From NCBI RefSeq assembly GCF_006345805.1, contig NC_043008.1, forward strand, positions 23,870,001 through 23,934,000: 64,000 bases of DNA. The letters run 5' to 3'. Below are positions 29,515 through 44,147 of the stretch, one piece after another (position 1 is the first letter of the stretch; the number at the start of each line of letters is the position of its first letter). Made by a program: the position numbers and the translations under genes. Origin of the DNA: Octopus sinensis. Taxonomy: Eukaryota. A model generated the notes under the pieces. That model ran no database searches. It had not been told where the DNA came from and saw only the letters and a program-made list of their open reading frames with translations.

Positions 29515-29555
<41 letters not shown>

Positions 29556-29700
29556 GACGGGCTTCATTCAGTTTCCGTCTACTAAATCCACTTACAAGGC
29601 TTTGGTCGGCCGAGGCTATAGTGGAAGATACAAGGTACTACGCAATACGATTGAACCCGGATCCACGTGGTTAGGAAGTAAGCTTCTTATCACACAGTGA
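28783..29700 (-). mobile_element. SINE family A split by an HHR-bearing insert placed in its internal (TA)n
   Basis: 3' half at 28783-28975 and 5' half at 29555-29700; insert 29038-29520 lies between two (TA)n tracts. Confidence 0.8.
29069..29159 (-). ncRNA. Type I hammerhead ribozyme with intact core
   Basis: UUUUAG-CUGAUGA-GUACGGGAC-(41 nt)-GUCCUUGUAU-GAAA-CGAUCG-UA^CUAAAA. Helix I is 6 bp and helix III is the palindrome ACGAUCGU. Confidence 0.9.
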
Positions 29701-31456
29701 CAAATTATAGATATCGAAGTATCGCCTTTATATAAGGGGTTTTTAACATTAAATTCGATGTCAGCAACTTAAATCTCGGTAATCAAAGTCAGTCTGGTTT
29801 CGATTAATAAATATTTACGCACGAAATTGAAATGTTGTTTAGCAAAGACGTTGTAACACAGTGGTCACAAACAAAGGAAGTCCATAATTTTATCTTACTC
29901 TCATACATCATATTTTTTGATAGTTTTAAAATTTTGTTTTCAATTAAACATCTAGAAGGTACCCAAATATTTTAGCTCGTAATACATATGCTTTTAAAAT
30001 GAAAATATAGCTGACTTTTAAGCGTAATTACATCTTAATGTTTCATAGAAGCTGATTCTAATTAAATGTTTATGTCTCCCAAATGCTTTTGATCTCGTAA
30101 TACTTGCTTCAAAATGAAATGAAAATTTTTATTGTATTTTTGTTAATTTTATGCATTGTCCATTTCATCAAAAATCAACATATATTAGACGCTACGTGTC
30201 TTTATATATACATATTTCTACTACATATGTGGGAAATTCTGTCTTTATCATCGATTTTGATGAAACTTGACACGTGAGTAGAACTCGTGTCTAGAAACGT
30301 CATGGCATTCTCAAATTGTTGAAAAATCGATAATAGTGCCTCTGTATGGGATCCATATATATATCTAATCTATTTTATTTTAAAAGCCAAGGAAATAACC
30401 CATTCGCCTATGGAAGGGATCCTTATATATAGCCAAGGGAAATAATCCATTTATTTTCCTAAATTATTTGGTATAAATCAAATTGAGCAGGCTTATTTTT
30501 TAGCATTTGAACTCTTAAAGTTATTTTCGAAAATTATCCAGTACAATCCTTAAACAGGTGCAGGAGACAAATAATATTAAATAAAATTAAAAAATTTGGA
30601 GTGTAAAATTTTAATGAATGATGTTTCGAATATAAGAAAAAAAAAATTTTAATGACAAATAAAAAATAAAAGGCATGTTTATGTTTTAATAAAAATTTCT
30701 CATGTTTTTATAAATAAATCTTTTACACATTTACTTCGTTTTTCTATTTGGCTTGCAAGATCCTTGACTGTGAGTTCGCGTGTTGAATCAAATCTTGTTG
30801 TTGTGTCTTCAGAGGGTACAACAATAATAACAACACACGCACTGGTTTATTATAACTTCTCCATTGTTTGTCAACCGGTTAAATGCCAACTAAGAAATCG
30901 ATCGTTTGTTTAATGTGCTGATTAATCAATCAATCGATTGGTTGTTAGAAAGTGTCCTTTCATCAATGACATGCCCCCTGTCTTGAGTCTGTCCGAGAAT
31001 CAGTCTTATGCCTGTGTGTATGTGAGTATGCAGATGTCTGTTTACTTACAGGAGAAAGGAAGAGTGAGAGAAAACGAAGATTTTATATGTGTTGGTGTGT
31101 GTATCTATGCGTGCGCGTGCGTTTATGTGTGGGACTGCATGTTTGTGTGTTTGTGAGTGAGTGTGTATGCATTAGCCATCATTGACCGCTTTAAGGACTC
31201 GGCCTTTTGTTGAAGGTGAGTTCGGTCTCAGATCTACTGGAATTTGTTTGTCATTCCGTAAAGATTTATGGGTGTAGTTTCTTAAGTGGTGAGGTGGTAA
31301 GGGGAGAAGAGAGAACAGAAGTAGATGTATGCGAGTGTGAGCATCTATGCGCATGTGGGGTGTGCACTCGCGAGGATGTGGCCTTGTAAACGTTTGTGTG
31401 GTTGAGTCGGCTCTCGTATGTGCATGTTCGTATGTGTGAGTGTATGTGTGTGAGTG

Positions 31457-31490
<34 letters not shown>

Positions 31491-31966
31491 CAAGTGTGTG
31501 TGAATGTGTGAATGTTTGTTTATGCGTATGCATTTCAGTATATGCATGTGTACACCTGCTGTGTCTGCGGTGTGGCGAGTTTTTGTATAGGTAAGCGTCT
31601 GTGTATATCCGTGTGTACTTTTCTGAGCACGCACACACAAACATACACACGCACACAAACATATATGCGCACACACAAACTGTTTATCTCACCTTTCCCT
31701 CCCCTTGAAAGTAAACACACATCTACATATACGCAGACATATTACTACTTCTCAGACAAACTGAAGGCAGACCATCAGGAGAGTGGGCCTACCATTGATG
31801 TTAGTTGTTTAGGTATTTAATCAATTGATTAGCAATAAAGAAGTGATATCGAATCAATCTGAGTGTTCATTATTACTGGCATAATGACCCTTCCAAGGTA
31901 CAACAAAATGTACACATTTAGTTTTGTTGAAAACTTTTTAATAAAATTTATTTCCAGTTATGGTAT

Positions 31967-32047
<81 letters not shown>

Positions 32048-32279
32048 TATATATATATATATATGGATCAAAAGAGTTTGATTCAAATTCGTAGGTAGGG
32101 ATGCTAATCTTCAGTCATTGCGCTGTGAATATCAACATCACGCTTGAAACTCGGAGTACCAACGAATTTTAGTCAAACTATTTTGATCCATACATGTAAT
32201 TTCCAATAAATGTCTACTACTTCCAATAAATGCCCTTTTGCTTTTGTATACTCACTCGTATATATGTGTGTATATACTC

Positions 32280-32337
<58 letters not shown>

Positions 32338-32612
32338 ATTAATAAATTTTAGGGTAGCAAAAAATTCTAGAAAAATTCTCTGCTACGAGCGGTCAAGTGA
32401 GAAAGAAAAAATAGTCAAAGACTATATAATATACATTCAAATATATAAGGAATGGCCATAATAGGACATTCGACTCACTAGAAAGAGCAGTTAAACTCCA
32501 AACCACTAATAGTGGTAATTCTGAAATGGAAAGAGAAATAAAAACGTTTACCCTCCCCTTTCTGGACTATGCATAGTTTCGGCAATCTTTAGTAAATACA
32601 TTTTTTTATTAT

Positions 32613-32666
<54 letters not shown>

Positions 32667-34413
32667 TCAGATAAGTATCATTATCTATAAAAGCAATGGT
32701 AAAGTGGCCAGCAAACACAATCCAAATAAGCAAAATATATAATAAAACGTCGGGGTACAATATGTAGCTGTTTGCTTGAAAGATAAGTTAAAACCCTCCG
32801 TAACCACGCATCTCTCACTATATGTAAACTCGCACGGAGAATGTAGCAAATATATTTCTCCGAAACAGTCCTCCCACTCTGTCGAAGCAACACTTAAAGC
32901 TAATTAGCTAGGCTTACTACATAAACTATTAAAAAAACATATGATGTAATTTGCTCAAATTTAAATGTTTTACTATAAAATCGAATATTTGCCTCGCCAT
33001 TTTTCTTTTAAAATAAAAGTTTTGTATTTATAAAACTTACGTGCTCAGTGCAGACCACCGGTACGCTTGCAACCAGTATCGAGTGTATCTGGAACCGGTC
33101 TCCTGTATAGTATGTGCATTCTAGAAAGCTAACTTATGGTTAGCTGATTTTATTCCTTTTTCTTGTTTTTTTTTTACTCCCGTTATGTTTTCCCTTCATT
33201 TTCACTTTTACTTTCATTTCGTTTTCCTTCTCTACCACTTTTGTGAGAGGCCCGTTGACCACGGTGAGCCAACCGGATCGGACCCAGAAGTAAGCACTTT
33301 TAGGTTATGTTTATTAATCCTGTCTCCACTGAGAACAAGCAGTTCTACCCCTAAAGAAGGCTTCTTGATTATTCAGGATGTTACTGAATATAACCTAAGT
33401 CTTAGGTCAGTGTGGTTTTCTTCCCGCCTGCGCTTGGTAGTTTTAAAGCGGGAGTCTGTTCCCACAATCTGATCCCCACTCTTCAAGCTTGTAAGTCTGT
33501 GTACAGTGGTCCATCGAGCTAAGACAGCTACCAAGCTGTACGTTTATATTGGAGTGGCTTTCACCCATGCAGATCGTCTTGAAGAGCTGGAGAATTCCAC
33601 CAAACCTGGTGTTGCCGGGAGGTGTCAAAGAGGGGACCGGACTGCCGAAATCTGACAGCATATCGAAGTAGTATAAACAGATTCTGAGAAACCCTGAAAA
33701 GACTATGATAGTTGAAAAAAAAAACAGTAGATGAGATAATGGGTTTTTCCTCGAAGAAGAACAAGGACTAATTTGAGGAAAATGGTAAAGGGATCCAGAA
33801 ACTTTTCCACCAGAAGTGCACTTGTCACCAAAGAGAATTCGCCAGACCCAACAGCAAGCCAGCCAAGTCTAAAGGGCTGCTTGCAGCATTCTCAGGTGGA
33901 AACTGCGGGATACCCAGAATAACTGGGGAACAGCACTTTCTGAGAGAACACAAGTTATGCTGATCATGTAGGCATTAAATCTTACTGTGATGCACTTCAC
34001 TTAGTATATGGTGTTACCCACTAAACTGAAGCTCCTCTGCTCTCTGCTATTAAATCAACTGTGCTGATATAGAAATTATGACATCTTGCATTACTTTGAG
34101 TAAGGAATGTTGGAAAACCCCAATAAGCTAAATTAAAATGAGTAACCAATTTGTGTCACCCCATGTGTTTATATTTGTATGTACGTATATATTTATTTAT
34201 ATATCTTTCAGTGTGTGTATACTTCTTTGTCCATAGCTGTCTAGTTTTATACATCAAGAGATCTAATTTTATACATATACATTTCTAAATATATCTTTAC
34301 CTATGTATGTATGTATGTATGTATGTATGTATGTATGTATGTATGTATGTATGTATGTATGCATGTATGTATGATGTGTATGGGTGTGTCTACTTATATG
34401 TTTGATGTATAAT

Positions 34414-34447
<34 letters not shown>

Positions 34448-34689
34448 AGCATACGTCTAAATGTATATAGGTATGTAAGTATATTTTGTTTTGTTTATGA
34501 TGATGATGAGGAGGAGGAAGAGAAGGAGAAGGAGTATGGGGAGTACAAGGAAGAGGAGGAGAAAGAAGGTGGCACTTTTTTGTGTCTGAAGATCATGAGA
34601 AAGACCAGCAAGCGCTCAAGTGGATCTAACTAAGGTCCCTTCTATTTTATTTCTTACTAACACTAATTGATTCTACTCTAATTGTCCTT

Positions 34690-35500
34690 TTCAGGGCAAA
34701 CCAGCATTTGTTGTTGACCATTGATCCCCGCATAACTAATTCCCTAAGCTTGACACACCAGGAGTGACGCGTTTAGCTTCCATTAACTGAGTCCTTGCCT
34801 TCAAAACCTATCTAGGTCGATCGCACACTTCACGAATTTGTGGTCTGCGTAGCCGACGGTTTTGAAAAGTGGACAACTTATACTATCTTTATCAACTGGC
34901 CTATCCAGTCTAGATGCGCCCAGAATGACACGATGCGATTCGTCCACGTCTATATTAGCACATCCTGGATCTCGTTGGTACCTGTCAGGCAACTGGAAAT
35001 GTCTGAGCAGTTTTGCGAGACTTTTATCACACCCTTCTATCCTCTAACCCCACACAGCCCAAACTTAGCTCTAAGACGTAGTTCCAATCACCCACTAATA
35101 TTAAAGGAGAAGACGTTCTTTGGAAAAACGTCCAGACATCTGAAGAATTCTGGCTGTCGTGCTCCTGTCGGTGCATAAATAGCCACGAGTCTGAGGGTAC
35201 CTACCGTCTATGCTGGGCCCAGGAAGATAGTCCTTATCTTGAGATTCACACCTCTCCAGAATAACACAGCAGTTCCACTTCTCATTCCCGGTTGGTATGA
35301 AGATAGACATATATAGTATCCGCCGAAAATGAGCATGAACGCTTGTCAGTTGGAGAGTCTGGTTTCACTGACAGCCACTACATCTACACTTATTGACCTG
35401 AGGTCGTTAAGTAGATGGCCTTGTGTCCAAGGCGATCCTAGGCACCGTGCATTTGTACTGCCTATCCTAAGAAATACAATGTCAAAAGGGAAAGATGCGG
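34690..35500 (-). mobile_element. Tx1/L1-clade LINE APE endonuclease remnant
   Basis: IGSTNARCLGSPWTQGHLLNDLRSISVDVVAVSETRL, LLAVYAPTG..QPEFFRCLE, TWTN. Confidence 0.75.
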
Positions 35501-36479
35501 GAAACGTTACTTTGATTTTGTTGGCAAAGTGGGGTAGATATTCCATTCTCATGGCTATATACAATATTTTATTGATATTTCTTCTGGAGAGCCCTACTCC
35601 TTCAGGATATTTAGTTTTTATAGTGCTGTATGTGCTTTGTGATGTAAGGATGACTTTTATGTGTGTTGATATGTTGTTTGTTCGTGTGATAAAATCAGTG
35701 TGTAATGCCTATATGGTAATATATGCGTTCCATAGTTTATTGTTGTGTAGTTAATGTTTGAATTTTACTGGTGTTGGGGGTGTGATCTGAGAGTTGTGTG
35801 TGTGTGTGAACTGGAGTTTGCCTGTGATGGTGGTGTGAGAGATAGTAGTGGTGGTGATGGTAGTCATGAGGATGATGTTCTTGACGACTCTGGTGTGGCT
35901 TCTCCCCTCTTTGATCATACCTGCCAGACTTTTGTGTTGCTCTCAGTGTTTTCTTTCTTTTTCTTTCGTTGACCTGCTAGCTTTTTGTCATTTAGGTTCT
36001 GAGTCGCCCCCTCACCACAGGACAAGTCTGACTCATCTGAATAGGGCGTGACATGTCTTGTGAAGATTTTGCTATTGTTCTGTTGATAATAAAGTTCCTG
36101 TTTTGGTGGGTTCTAATGCTGTTGTTTTTGCTGCTGTCTGGTATGTGAAAGCCATAGATGTTGTTACTGCTTCCACTGCTGTCATTCTTGTTTCTGCTAC
36201 TGTTGTCAGAGCTGCTGTTGCTGCAATTGTTACTGTTGTTCGTGCAAGTTTAGTAGTTAATTGCCTCTGCTGGTGCTGCTGCTGCTGTTGTTGTTGTTGA
36301 AAATCCTCCAAAACTACAATTTTATCAAAATAACTTTTTAACAGAAAGAGCTGAAGGTTTTGGGGACTGACATTTCAGTGGAGTCAAAACCTCATTAGTG
36401 TTTCTTAACGTTATACAAAGAGTCACTACATTCACCCACTTTTACGAAATTTACTTGGTGGAGAAGGTAGCACTCCCCC

Positions 36480-37070
36480 ACTTCTAATCTAACTTTCATT
36501 TCAAGTGGAAGATCAAAGAAAATCGAAGAGGAATTCGTCGAACTGGAATGCGCCTCTCTTTCTGTTTCGATCACACAACCGCTCTCGCATAGCTACTAGG
36601 CAAAGGAAAACTTCACAGACAAAAGAAACTGTTGAAGTGATCTTCACTATGGAGTCGGTCGATACCCAAATCCATCCTACATGCAATAGGAACTGTTCGA
36701 TGTAACTCCACGATTCAGCAATCCTCGGGCACCGCATGAGCGCGTGTAGAACTGTTTCATCGCTTGGTATGCATCACGGGAAAGCTCAGTTGACGAGACC
36801 ACTATACCTGTAGAGTTTATCTCGAACAGGCAATATCCCTGGTAGCACTGCCATGCTAGAGATTTCCTCCAGCAAAGTCCAGCTAGTTAATTTCTTTCAA
36901 TACCCATCGTTTGCCTGAATATATTGTGGCTCTAGAACACTAGCATGGAACCTCCTCCAACCACATTGCCTGACTTCAGAGGACTGCTTTGCTTGGTGAT
37001 CGTCGAGGTACCGGTTGTTTTGCTTCGATCTACGATTGATCCAGGACTGCAGCTATGTCAAAGAGACAAG
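36480..37070 (-). mobile_element. Tx1/L1-clade ORF2 C-terminal zinc-finger remnant
   Basis: LPVRDKL..(C)..DETVLHALMRCPRIAESWSYIE. Confidence 0.7.
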
Positions 37071-37499
37071 CTGTAGAGACAAGCTGTCTCACAAAAAGTA
37101 ACTACGACTACTCATAGTCAAGGAAACACTGGAGATATCGTAGCCTCAGCAGAGTAACGCGTTTCATCTATCTCTATATGTGTGTGTTTGTGTGTGCGTG
37201 CGTGTGTGCATGTCTGTGTATGTGTAGATAGATATACAAAATATATCTATATACATACGTGTATGTATTCATTTATACGTACATCCATCCATACATACGT
37301 ATGTACATACATACATTCATACCTACATACATACATACATACATACATGCATGCATACATACATACTTACATACATACATACATATATACATGCATGCAT
37401 ACATACATACATACATACATACATACATACATACATACATACATACATACATACATACATTCATACATACATATATACATGCATGCATATATACACAAC

Positions 37500-37745
37500 T
37501 TGCAGAAGTTCCAGTGAGCATAGTCAAAATCACCAGCTTGAAATTAAACACAAGGAGTGGCTGTATTATCACTGATAGAATACAGAATCGCAAAGGCATA
37601 TTCCAAGGAGACAGCCTCTTTGTGATGCTGTTTCTACTTTCTGTAAACTCCTTGTCATTCATGTTAAGGAAATCTGAAAGATATCTCACTGGTTCACGGA
37701 TGATTTGAAACAAATAATATGCACGGATGACTTGAAACAATAATA
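37500..37745 (+). mobile_element. R4-type RT fragment
   Basis: RKGIFQGDSLFVMLF..LSFML, followed by a short duplicated MHG*LET/YMDDLK-like remnant. Confidence 0.7.
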
Positions 37746-37759
37746 TGCACGAGATGAAA

Positions 37760-39030
37760 AAACGCCCTGACCTGGTTACAACGTCTTCAAAGGATATAGG
37801 AATGGTGTACGGAATGTATAGGAATTAATGGTATTAATGGTAAGGTTAGTAGTGTTCTCTATTATGTTATGAGTTCCTGTTGAGTTGTGGATGATATTTA
37901 TTGATGAATAAAGTTGCTTTTTTAGTCTGAACTGAGGTGTTCTGTGAACATTGATATAAAGGGAAAATTTAGGAGTTAGGATTAAGGTTCCTAGCACATC
38001 TTTCTATGTGTTCACCGACCTGTAACTGTCTATATTGTGGGTTGTGGATTTGTTCTTTGTGAAGAGTTGTTCATCGACTGAGGGACATTCCTGTTTGGCC
38101 TTTATAATGATTACCTAAGCATAGATTAGGTTTTTCCGAGGCACAAGTGAAATTTGATTTTATCTTAAATATTTCACCTTATTTAAAGTGGAACTTTGTA
38201 CTCTCCGAAAGGACGGGGCATGTGCCACAATTAAGCCGACTGCATTTTTACGCTTTTGGTTCCGTTGTTAATGGATATACTCTTGCGTTGGTTAATATTT
38301 TTTTTCAATGATTTCGGTTGCATTTTGCTCTTGACAATTTTGTGTGAGCCTAAGATTTTGTTCATTGTTTTATCTTCTGCGAGGATGGGTAGATTTTGGA
38401 TGATAATGTTGAAGGTTTCATTGTTTCTAGGGCTGTGTGTATGTATGGGAGTATTTTTAAGTCTGGTGTTGTATTTCGGTTAACTTACCTTAATGTTCGT
38501 ATGTCTGTTTCCTTTGCTTGTTTAATCCCATCATTTATTAATGATGTTGGGTAATGCCTCTTGATTAGTATCGATCTGAGTTCAAGGAGTCTTCGTTCAC
38601 GAGTATTGGTGTCCGAAACTATGGTACAGATTCTTTTCGCTAGATTATAAGGTATATTAATTTTTATGTGTTTGGGGTGGCATGAGTTAATAATAGGTAT
38701 TGTTTTGAATCTGTGGCTTTATAGATGTCCGTTTCGATGTGATTATTGACTATTTTAATTAGGATGTCAAGAAAAGGAAGTTGTTTATTGCTGTGTTCCA
38801 TGATGAATTGTATGTTGCTATTGATATTGCTGAGCATTATTTTGAAATCGAGGAGTTTGCCAAGCTATCATTCCAAAGTATAAAGCAATCATCTAAATAC
38901 CTCTTCCAGTTCTCCTTTAAATAGCAATGAGATGAGGTGCCATATTTTTGTAGTGATAATTGGTATATTTTGAGTTCTAGGTAACCCATTACAAGGTTCG
39001 CAATCACTGGGGTAGCTCGAGTTCCCATTG
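37760..39030 (-). mobile_element. Penelope-like element remnant (RT, GIY-YIG, decayed 3' HHR)
   Basis: MGTRATPVIANLVMG, RYLDDCF, QLPFLDILI, NIPYNLAKRICTIVS, CGTC..GQTG..TLHKEQI; decayed HHR at 37765-37793 (cct-ttgaaga-cgttg..aaccaggtc-aggg). Confidence 0.88.
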
Positions 39031-39124
39031 TAATTCCACATAATGTCGATAGTAAACTGTATGTATGTATGTATGTATGTATGTATGTATGTATGTATGT
39101 ATGTATGTATAGTTAATCCAAGCA

Positions 39125-39279
39125 AGAAAGCACAAAGAAACACAACAACGCGAGGACGTGGGACAAATATAGTATTATTGGACGTTTCGAGCGGAGCTCT
39201 TCGTCGGAAACATAGGAGAAGGAAAGATCCAAAGAAGGGAAGACAGAGGAAAAAAAATCGCCAACGGTACACACGAGGT

Positions 39280-39290
<11 letters not shown>
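39125..39290 (-). mobile_element. PLE pseudo-LTR fragment with decayed minimal HHR
   Basis: Minus 39177-39213: gttt-CCGACGA-a-gagc tcc gctc-GAAA-cgtc; same helix II style as 45611. Confidence 0.65.
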
Positions 39291-39338
<48 letters not shown>

Positions 39339-39373
39339 ACATACATACATACATACATACATACATACATACA

Positions 39374-39432
<59 letters not shown>

Positions 39433-39453
39433 GAAATACACATTGCATTTGTA

Positions 39454-39484
<31 letters not shown>

Positions 39485-39810
39485 TCTTTTATTTGTTTCA
39501 GTCATTTGACTGCGATCATGCTGGAGCACTACCTTTAGTCGAACAAATCGACCCCAGGACTTATTCTTTGTAAGCCTAGTACTTATTTTATCGGTCTCTT
39601 TTGTCGAACAACTAAGGTACGGAGACGTAAACACACCAACGCTGGTTGTCAAGCAAAGGTGGGGGACAAGCACAAACACAGACACCGAAACATTTACATG
39701 TATGTACATATTTATACGACGAGTAGAAGATACTTGCCCAAGGTGTCACGCACTGGGACTGAACTCGGAACCATGTGGCTGGTAAGCAAGCTACTTGCCA
39801 CACAGCCACT
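39485..39810 (-). mobile_element. SINE family A with internal deletion
   Basis: Reverse-complement head and tail match other family A copies. Confidence 0.8.
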
Positions 39811-42800
39811 TCTGCTCTTATACCCACTCCTGCGCCTATGTATATTCATATGTAATTATAGTCTCAAAAATACATGCATACACAAAAATCTACAAATACG
39901 CAGAAACAACCATTCTGGTTAATAAAGAAATAATTTATATATTATATATATACACGTGAGCGTGCGTGTATATTTTGTATGCGTGTGTGTGTGTAATATA
40001 TATATATATATGTATGTTTATATTTTTTGCCGTCATTATTTTTAATTTTACTTTATGTTCATACATATTAACTTTGGCTTTTTTCAATGAACATATAAAG
40101 AAATGAAAAGAATTGTTGACACTGCTGTCCTTAAAATTTATTAGCATTTAATATAGCATTCTGAGTCATGAGTTGCAATGCCGGCTTTCGAAAAGAGAAT
40201 AAAATTTACGAAGACTTTCATTAGAATATTATACTTCATATAATTTCCATAAGACAATGTGAATAGTAAACAATGGTATGAAATTTGGAAGCAGTGAAGG
40301 TGAATTTTTTACTTCACAACCGAGTGAAGAGACAGGCTTTTCATAAATATGTTATTATGTTGTGTGAGAAAGGATATAAACAATAGCGAGTAGGGAACTA
40401 GGTTGTAAAAGTGTTAAATTATATACAATAATTTTATGTATAGTCATTTTAAGGTTTCAAAGCCAAAACCTTAAAAGCTTGAGGCTACTGAATATTGTTT
40501 AAAAATTCTTCCAATATCTAAATGTTTTCTATATCATGGCCTGTTTAATTGTTTTAGTTGTTTGAATGTAAAGAAAGTATATTTGAATTTAATTTATTTT
40601 CTTTAAAGTAGAATGATGTTAGAAATCTAATTAATTAAGGCACATGAATATGAGTCAACAAAAATTAACAAAAGTAAAAATTAGGTAACAGAACTCGAAG
40701 AACGTATGAATAGAAGGCATTACAACTCAAATCATTCTCAATGTTACTGAATGGAATTTAGTGCAAGTCAAAGCGAGTTAACCGAATACACGAACATAAA
40801 AAAATTATGGCTTTGGATGAAAGTAAGTAATCTCAAAATGAACTCTTCATTTTACTTGAAATGTTATTTCATTTGTTGAAAATTAATATTCTTTTGTTTT
40901 CTGAAAGATTATGCTTTATAGCAATAATAGAAGGAGGAGGACTTGTTTCTCTATTTGATTGTTCTAAATTTGTATACCATGACCCTGAATATTACAGCTG
41001 AATTATAAATGCAAAAAAGTATTAGTGATTTTTAGGCGTGGAAAAACGGTTGGCTACATACATATTCTAAAGCAACCTGTATACTATAGTATACGGGATT
41101 CTTCAAATTGTCCGATAAAATATTTTCATTTAATCAAGGTGGAATCTCAATGTTTAGAAGAAAGTGATTTGGGAAGAAATCTTGAGTTTCATGTATCGAC
41201 ACGAATTTATATGGGAACTATTTTTGCACCATTTCACCGAAACTGGGCAGATATTTGTTGAAGTATGAGTTGACATAAATTTACCTCATCTTTCTAACGA
41301 TTCTAACCACTTGATTACGTTGTCAAATCAATATATTTGTAGATTCAATGAAAGAAGTACTACAAAGACATTCCGTTGCACTTTCACTTAATTTATTCAC
41401 TGATCGAATAATTTCGTAAAGAAAATACGGAAGTAGCCACTCATTGATCGTACGCAGGTCACTTGTTCTTGAAAGCTTTCTTGCTCTAGATTATTTTCAT
41501 CAAACTGAAAATCTTCGATATTTCTCTTTAAGCTCACTTCCGACATTTGTAGTTACAATTTGTAAAGATTTGGCTATTAAAGAAAAGTGTATTTGACAAC
41601 TTTCATCCGCACTTTTAATACTATGTAAAGTCAGACAATTATGGAAATAGTGCGTTAAAACAGACTCTAACAAAATGTGAAAGTTGCCTTTAATTTGTAT
41701 TTTGTAATCTAAACTTTTCATAGAGAAGACGACAAAATTTATGACAGCAACTATTAGGAAACATTTTAGATTTCATAATGACTTCCCTATTTACTGTAGG
41801 TATTCTTTAATTGTGTTTATTTGTTATTGCTAATATTTTATAAACATTTTGCTCATATTTAGTTAAACATACCTACCATATTAATACGGCGGGTCCAAAT
41901 CATAGATTTTTAGACATTAACAAAATAACTCTTATATTTAATTAACTCTAAAAGGACTCCTCTTAAAATATATTTGGCTACCTGATTGCAAAACGACACT
42001 CTATCAAACATTATATAACCTGTAAACAAAGACTATAACATATTTCAACCATAACATATTTTATTGTAAATCTTCATTAATTATTGTTTATGTTCTCATT
42101 CTCAGTATGTGAAATAGTAATAGAAGGTAATCTCAAACCCTACTTGCCTCTAAAACCAAATTTTTACCAATACAAGTGAAAAGAACATAGGAATAATATA
42201 ACTAAATTATGCAATGATATTTTTTGATAATTTGACTTGATTTCGATAGTATGGTCGGTTATTTGTTCTCTCCGTTGAAAATGTTTGAGCTTTATGTTTG
42301 TTACAAGAATTTTACTGTATTTCTAGGCGAGACATTTAGCTCTGTGTTCTCTAGCTACGAGAATAAAAACTTAATATTCTAATTATATAAATAGATTTGT
42401 CCAAATCAGAAAATATTCATCTCATACTTAAGATTACTTAAGCTTACTAACTTTGGCATCCATATGATTCGTGTGGATATATTTTCTTATTCTTATTCTG
42501 AGCAAAAACATGATTTATAAAAATCAATCGCTGAGGAAATTTTATATCTGAAGATTTTTCTTTGGTTTAGAATAGAATATTTTAAGCTGCATGGTTGTTT
42601 TCTTTCTGAATAAAACCAACAACCGTTCTAGAATTTCGGTATTGAAGGCATTCATTTTTAGATAGTTTTTGATTACTATCACCATTTTCGTTTGTCGAGT
42701 ATAACTTTCCAATGAAAATATTCATAAAATCTCAAAAATGCTGGAAATCTCCTTAAAAATGTTAAGAACGTTGTATTAAGTATTAGATGTGACTGTAACA

Positions 42801-43518
42801 GTGTACGTATGTGTAAATATTGATTTCTAACAAATTCCAAACTCTAATTTTTTCTTCAAATGTTGCATCTAAAAAACTCAAACAAATAGATAGTACACAA
42901 GAAAAGAGAATAAATATCCTTGCGGGTGAAATATGATTTTTAATATTGTAACATTTATCTGAAAATCAAAGCTAAGAAAAATAAGGCTTAGATTTAGATA
43001 TTGTTATTCATCATTTAAATCAATATTTTTTTCCTCGATACATTGATATTCTAAGAAGTATAAAAACTAAATCTATACTATACTGAAAACATTTTTTCCT
43101 GTTTCAAATAAAGATAAAATGGTTGATGACGTAAGACAGAAATAGTGTTCTTGCCAAATTTCAGTATAGAACTTTGTGTCAATTACGTAAATTGCACATG
43201 ACTAGTCCAGGTTAGTTTAGAGCACTACTAATGTATAGCTTCAAGTATATGATAATCTATTTTGAAGAGGCTTCAATGTTCTCTGAATGTTTTGTCTTTT
43301 TTGAAATGTATGACATAAAACAAACATACGGAAACATATGGCAAATACTTGCAGTTTAATAATCTTGATTTAACATCAAAAATCATTATCGACTAACTCA
43401 GTAGAATACAATTCAACTTGTTTACATTTTTTGGCCTCCTTATTCTGCTCTTCGCCAATCTTTTTCTCGTCGTTCTACTTTTATTTTCGCCCTTATTTTC
43501 TCATTCATCCACAACGCT

Positions 43519-43577
43519 TTCTTCTTCTTCTTCTTCTTCTTCTTCTTCTTCTTCTTCTTCTTCTTCTTCTTCTTCTT

Positions 43578-43608
<31 letters not shown>

Positions 43609-43712
43609 TTATTATTATTATATTATTATTATTATTATATTATTATTATTATTATTATTATTATTTCTTCTTCTTCTTCTTCTTCTTCTTCTCTTCTTCT
43701 TCTTCTTCTTCT
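43519..43712. repeat. (TTC)n/(TTA)n compound microsatellite
   Basis: Directly visible. Confidence 0.97.
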
Positions 43713-44147
43713 ACAACATTACCATCATCTTCACTTATTCTTTTCTCTCTTTTTCTTCCACTTCTTTCCTTGACACTCTCTACATTTAAAATTGTATTGG
43801 ATAGACAGCAAGTTCGGATGAACCTCTTTCCTGCTTCCACATAATTACGATTTCCAAAAGTTATGAAATCAAATGTATTTTAGTGTATGGTTCGAGATAC
43901 TTTCAAAATCGTTAAAGATACAATGATAATTTCTCGTTATTACAATACATTTACAATGTAAGTTAAGAATATTAACCCTAAATTAGAAGCGTTATCAATC
44001 CCGGTAGCATTGTAGTCCTAACTATTGATTTTTATGAAATATATGTTGTAGTTTATCTTTCAGGTTTTTACCTGAACTGTACGGATATTTTACAACAGTT
44101 GTTTATGTTTGTGTATATTCTACCCTTATTACTAATTTCTGTTTGAG

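Noticed and set aside
32540-32610. Minus-strand GAAA-CUAUGCAUAG-UC half hammerhead
   Set aside because: Helix III is a palindrome, but no CUGANGA, helix I or helix II partner is found; at most a truncated remnant.
33160-33960. Continuation of the Tx1 element
   Set aside because: Looks TE-derived, but I could not recover a diagnostic motif in any frame.
40610-41700. Possible host exons: GT-AG interval 40823-40907 and protein-like peptides
   Set aside because: No phase gives an open spliced frame, stops occur in every frame, and no domain is recognisable; RNA-seq would be needed.
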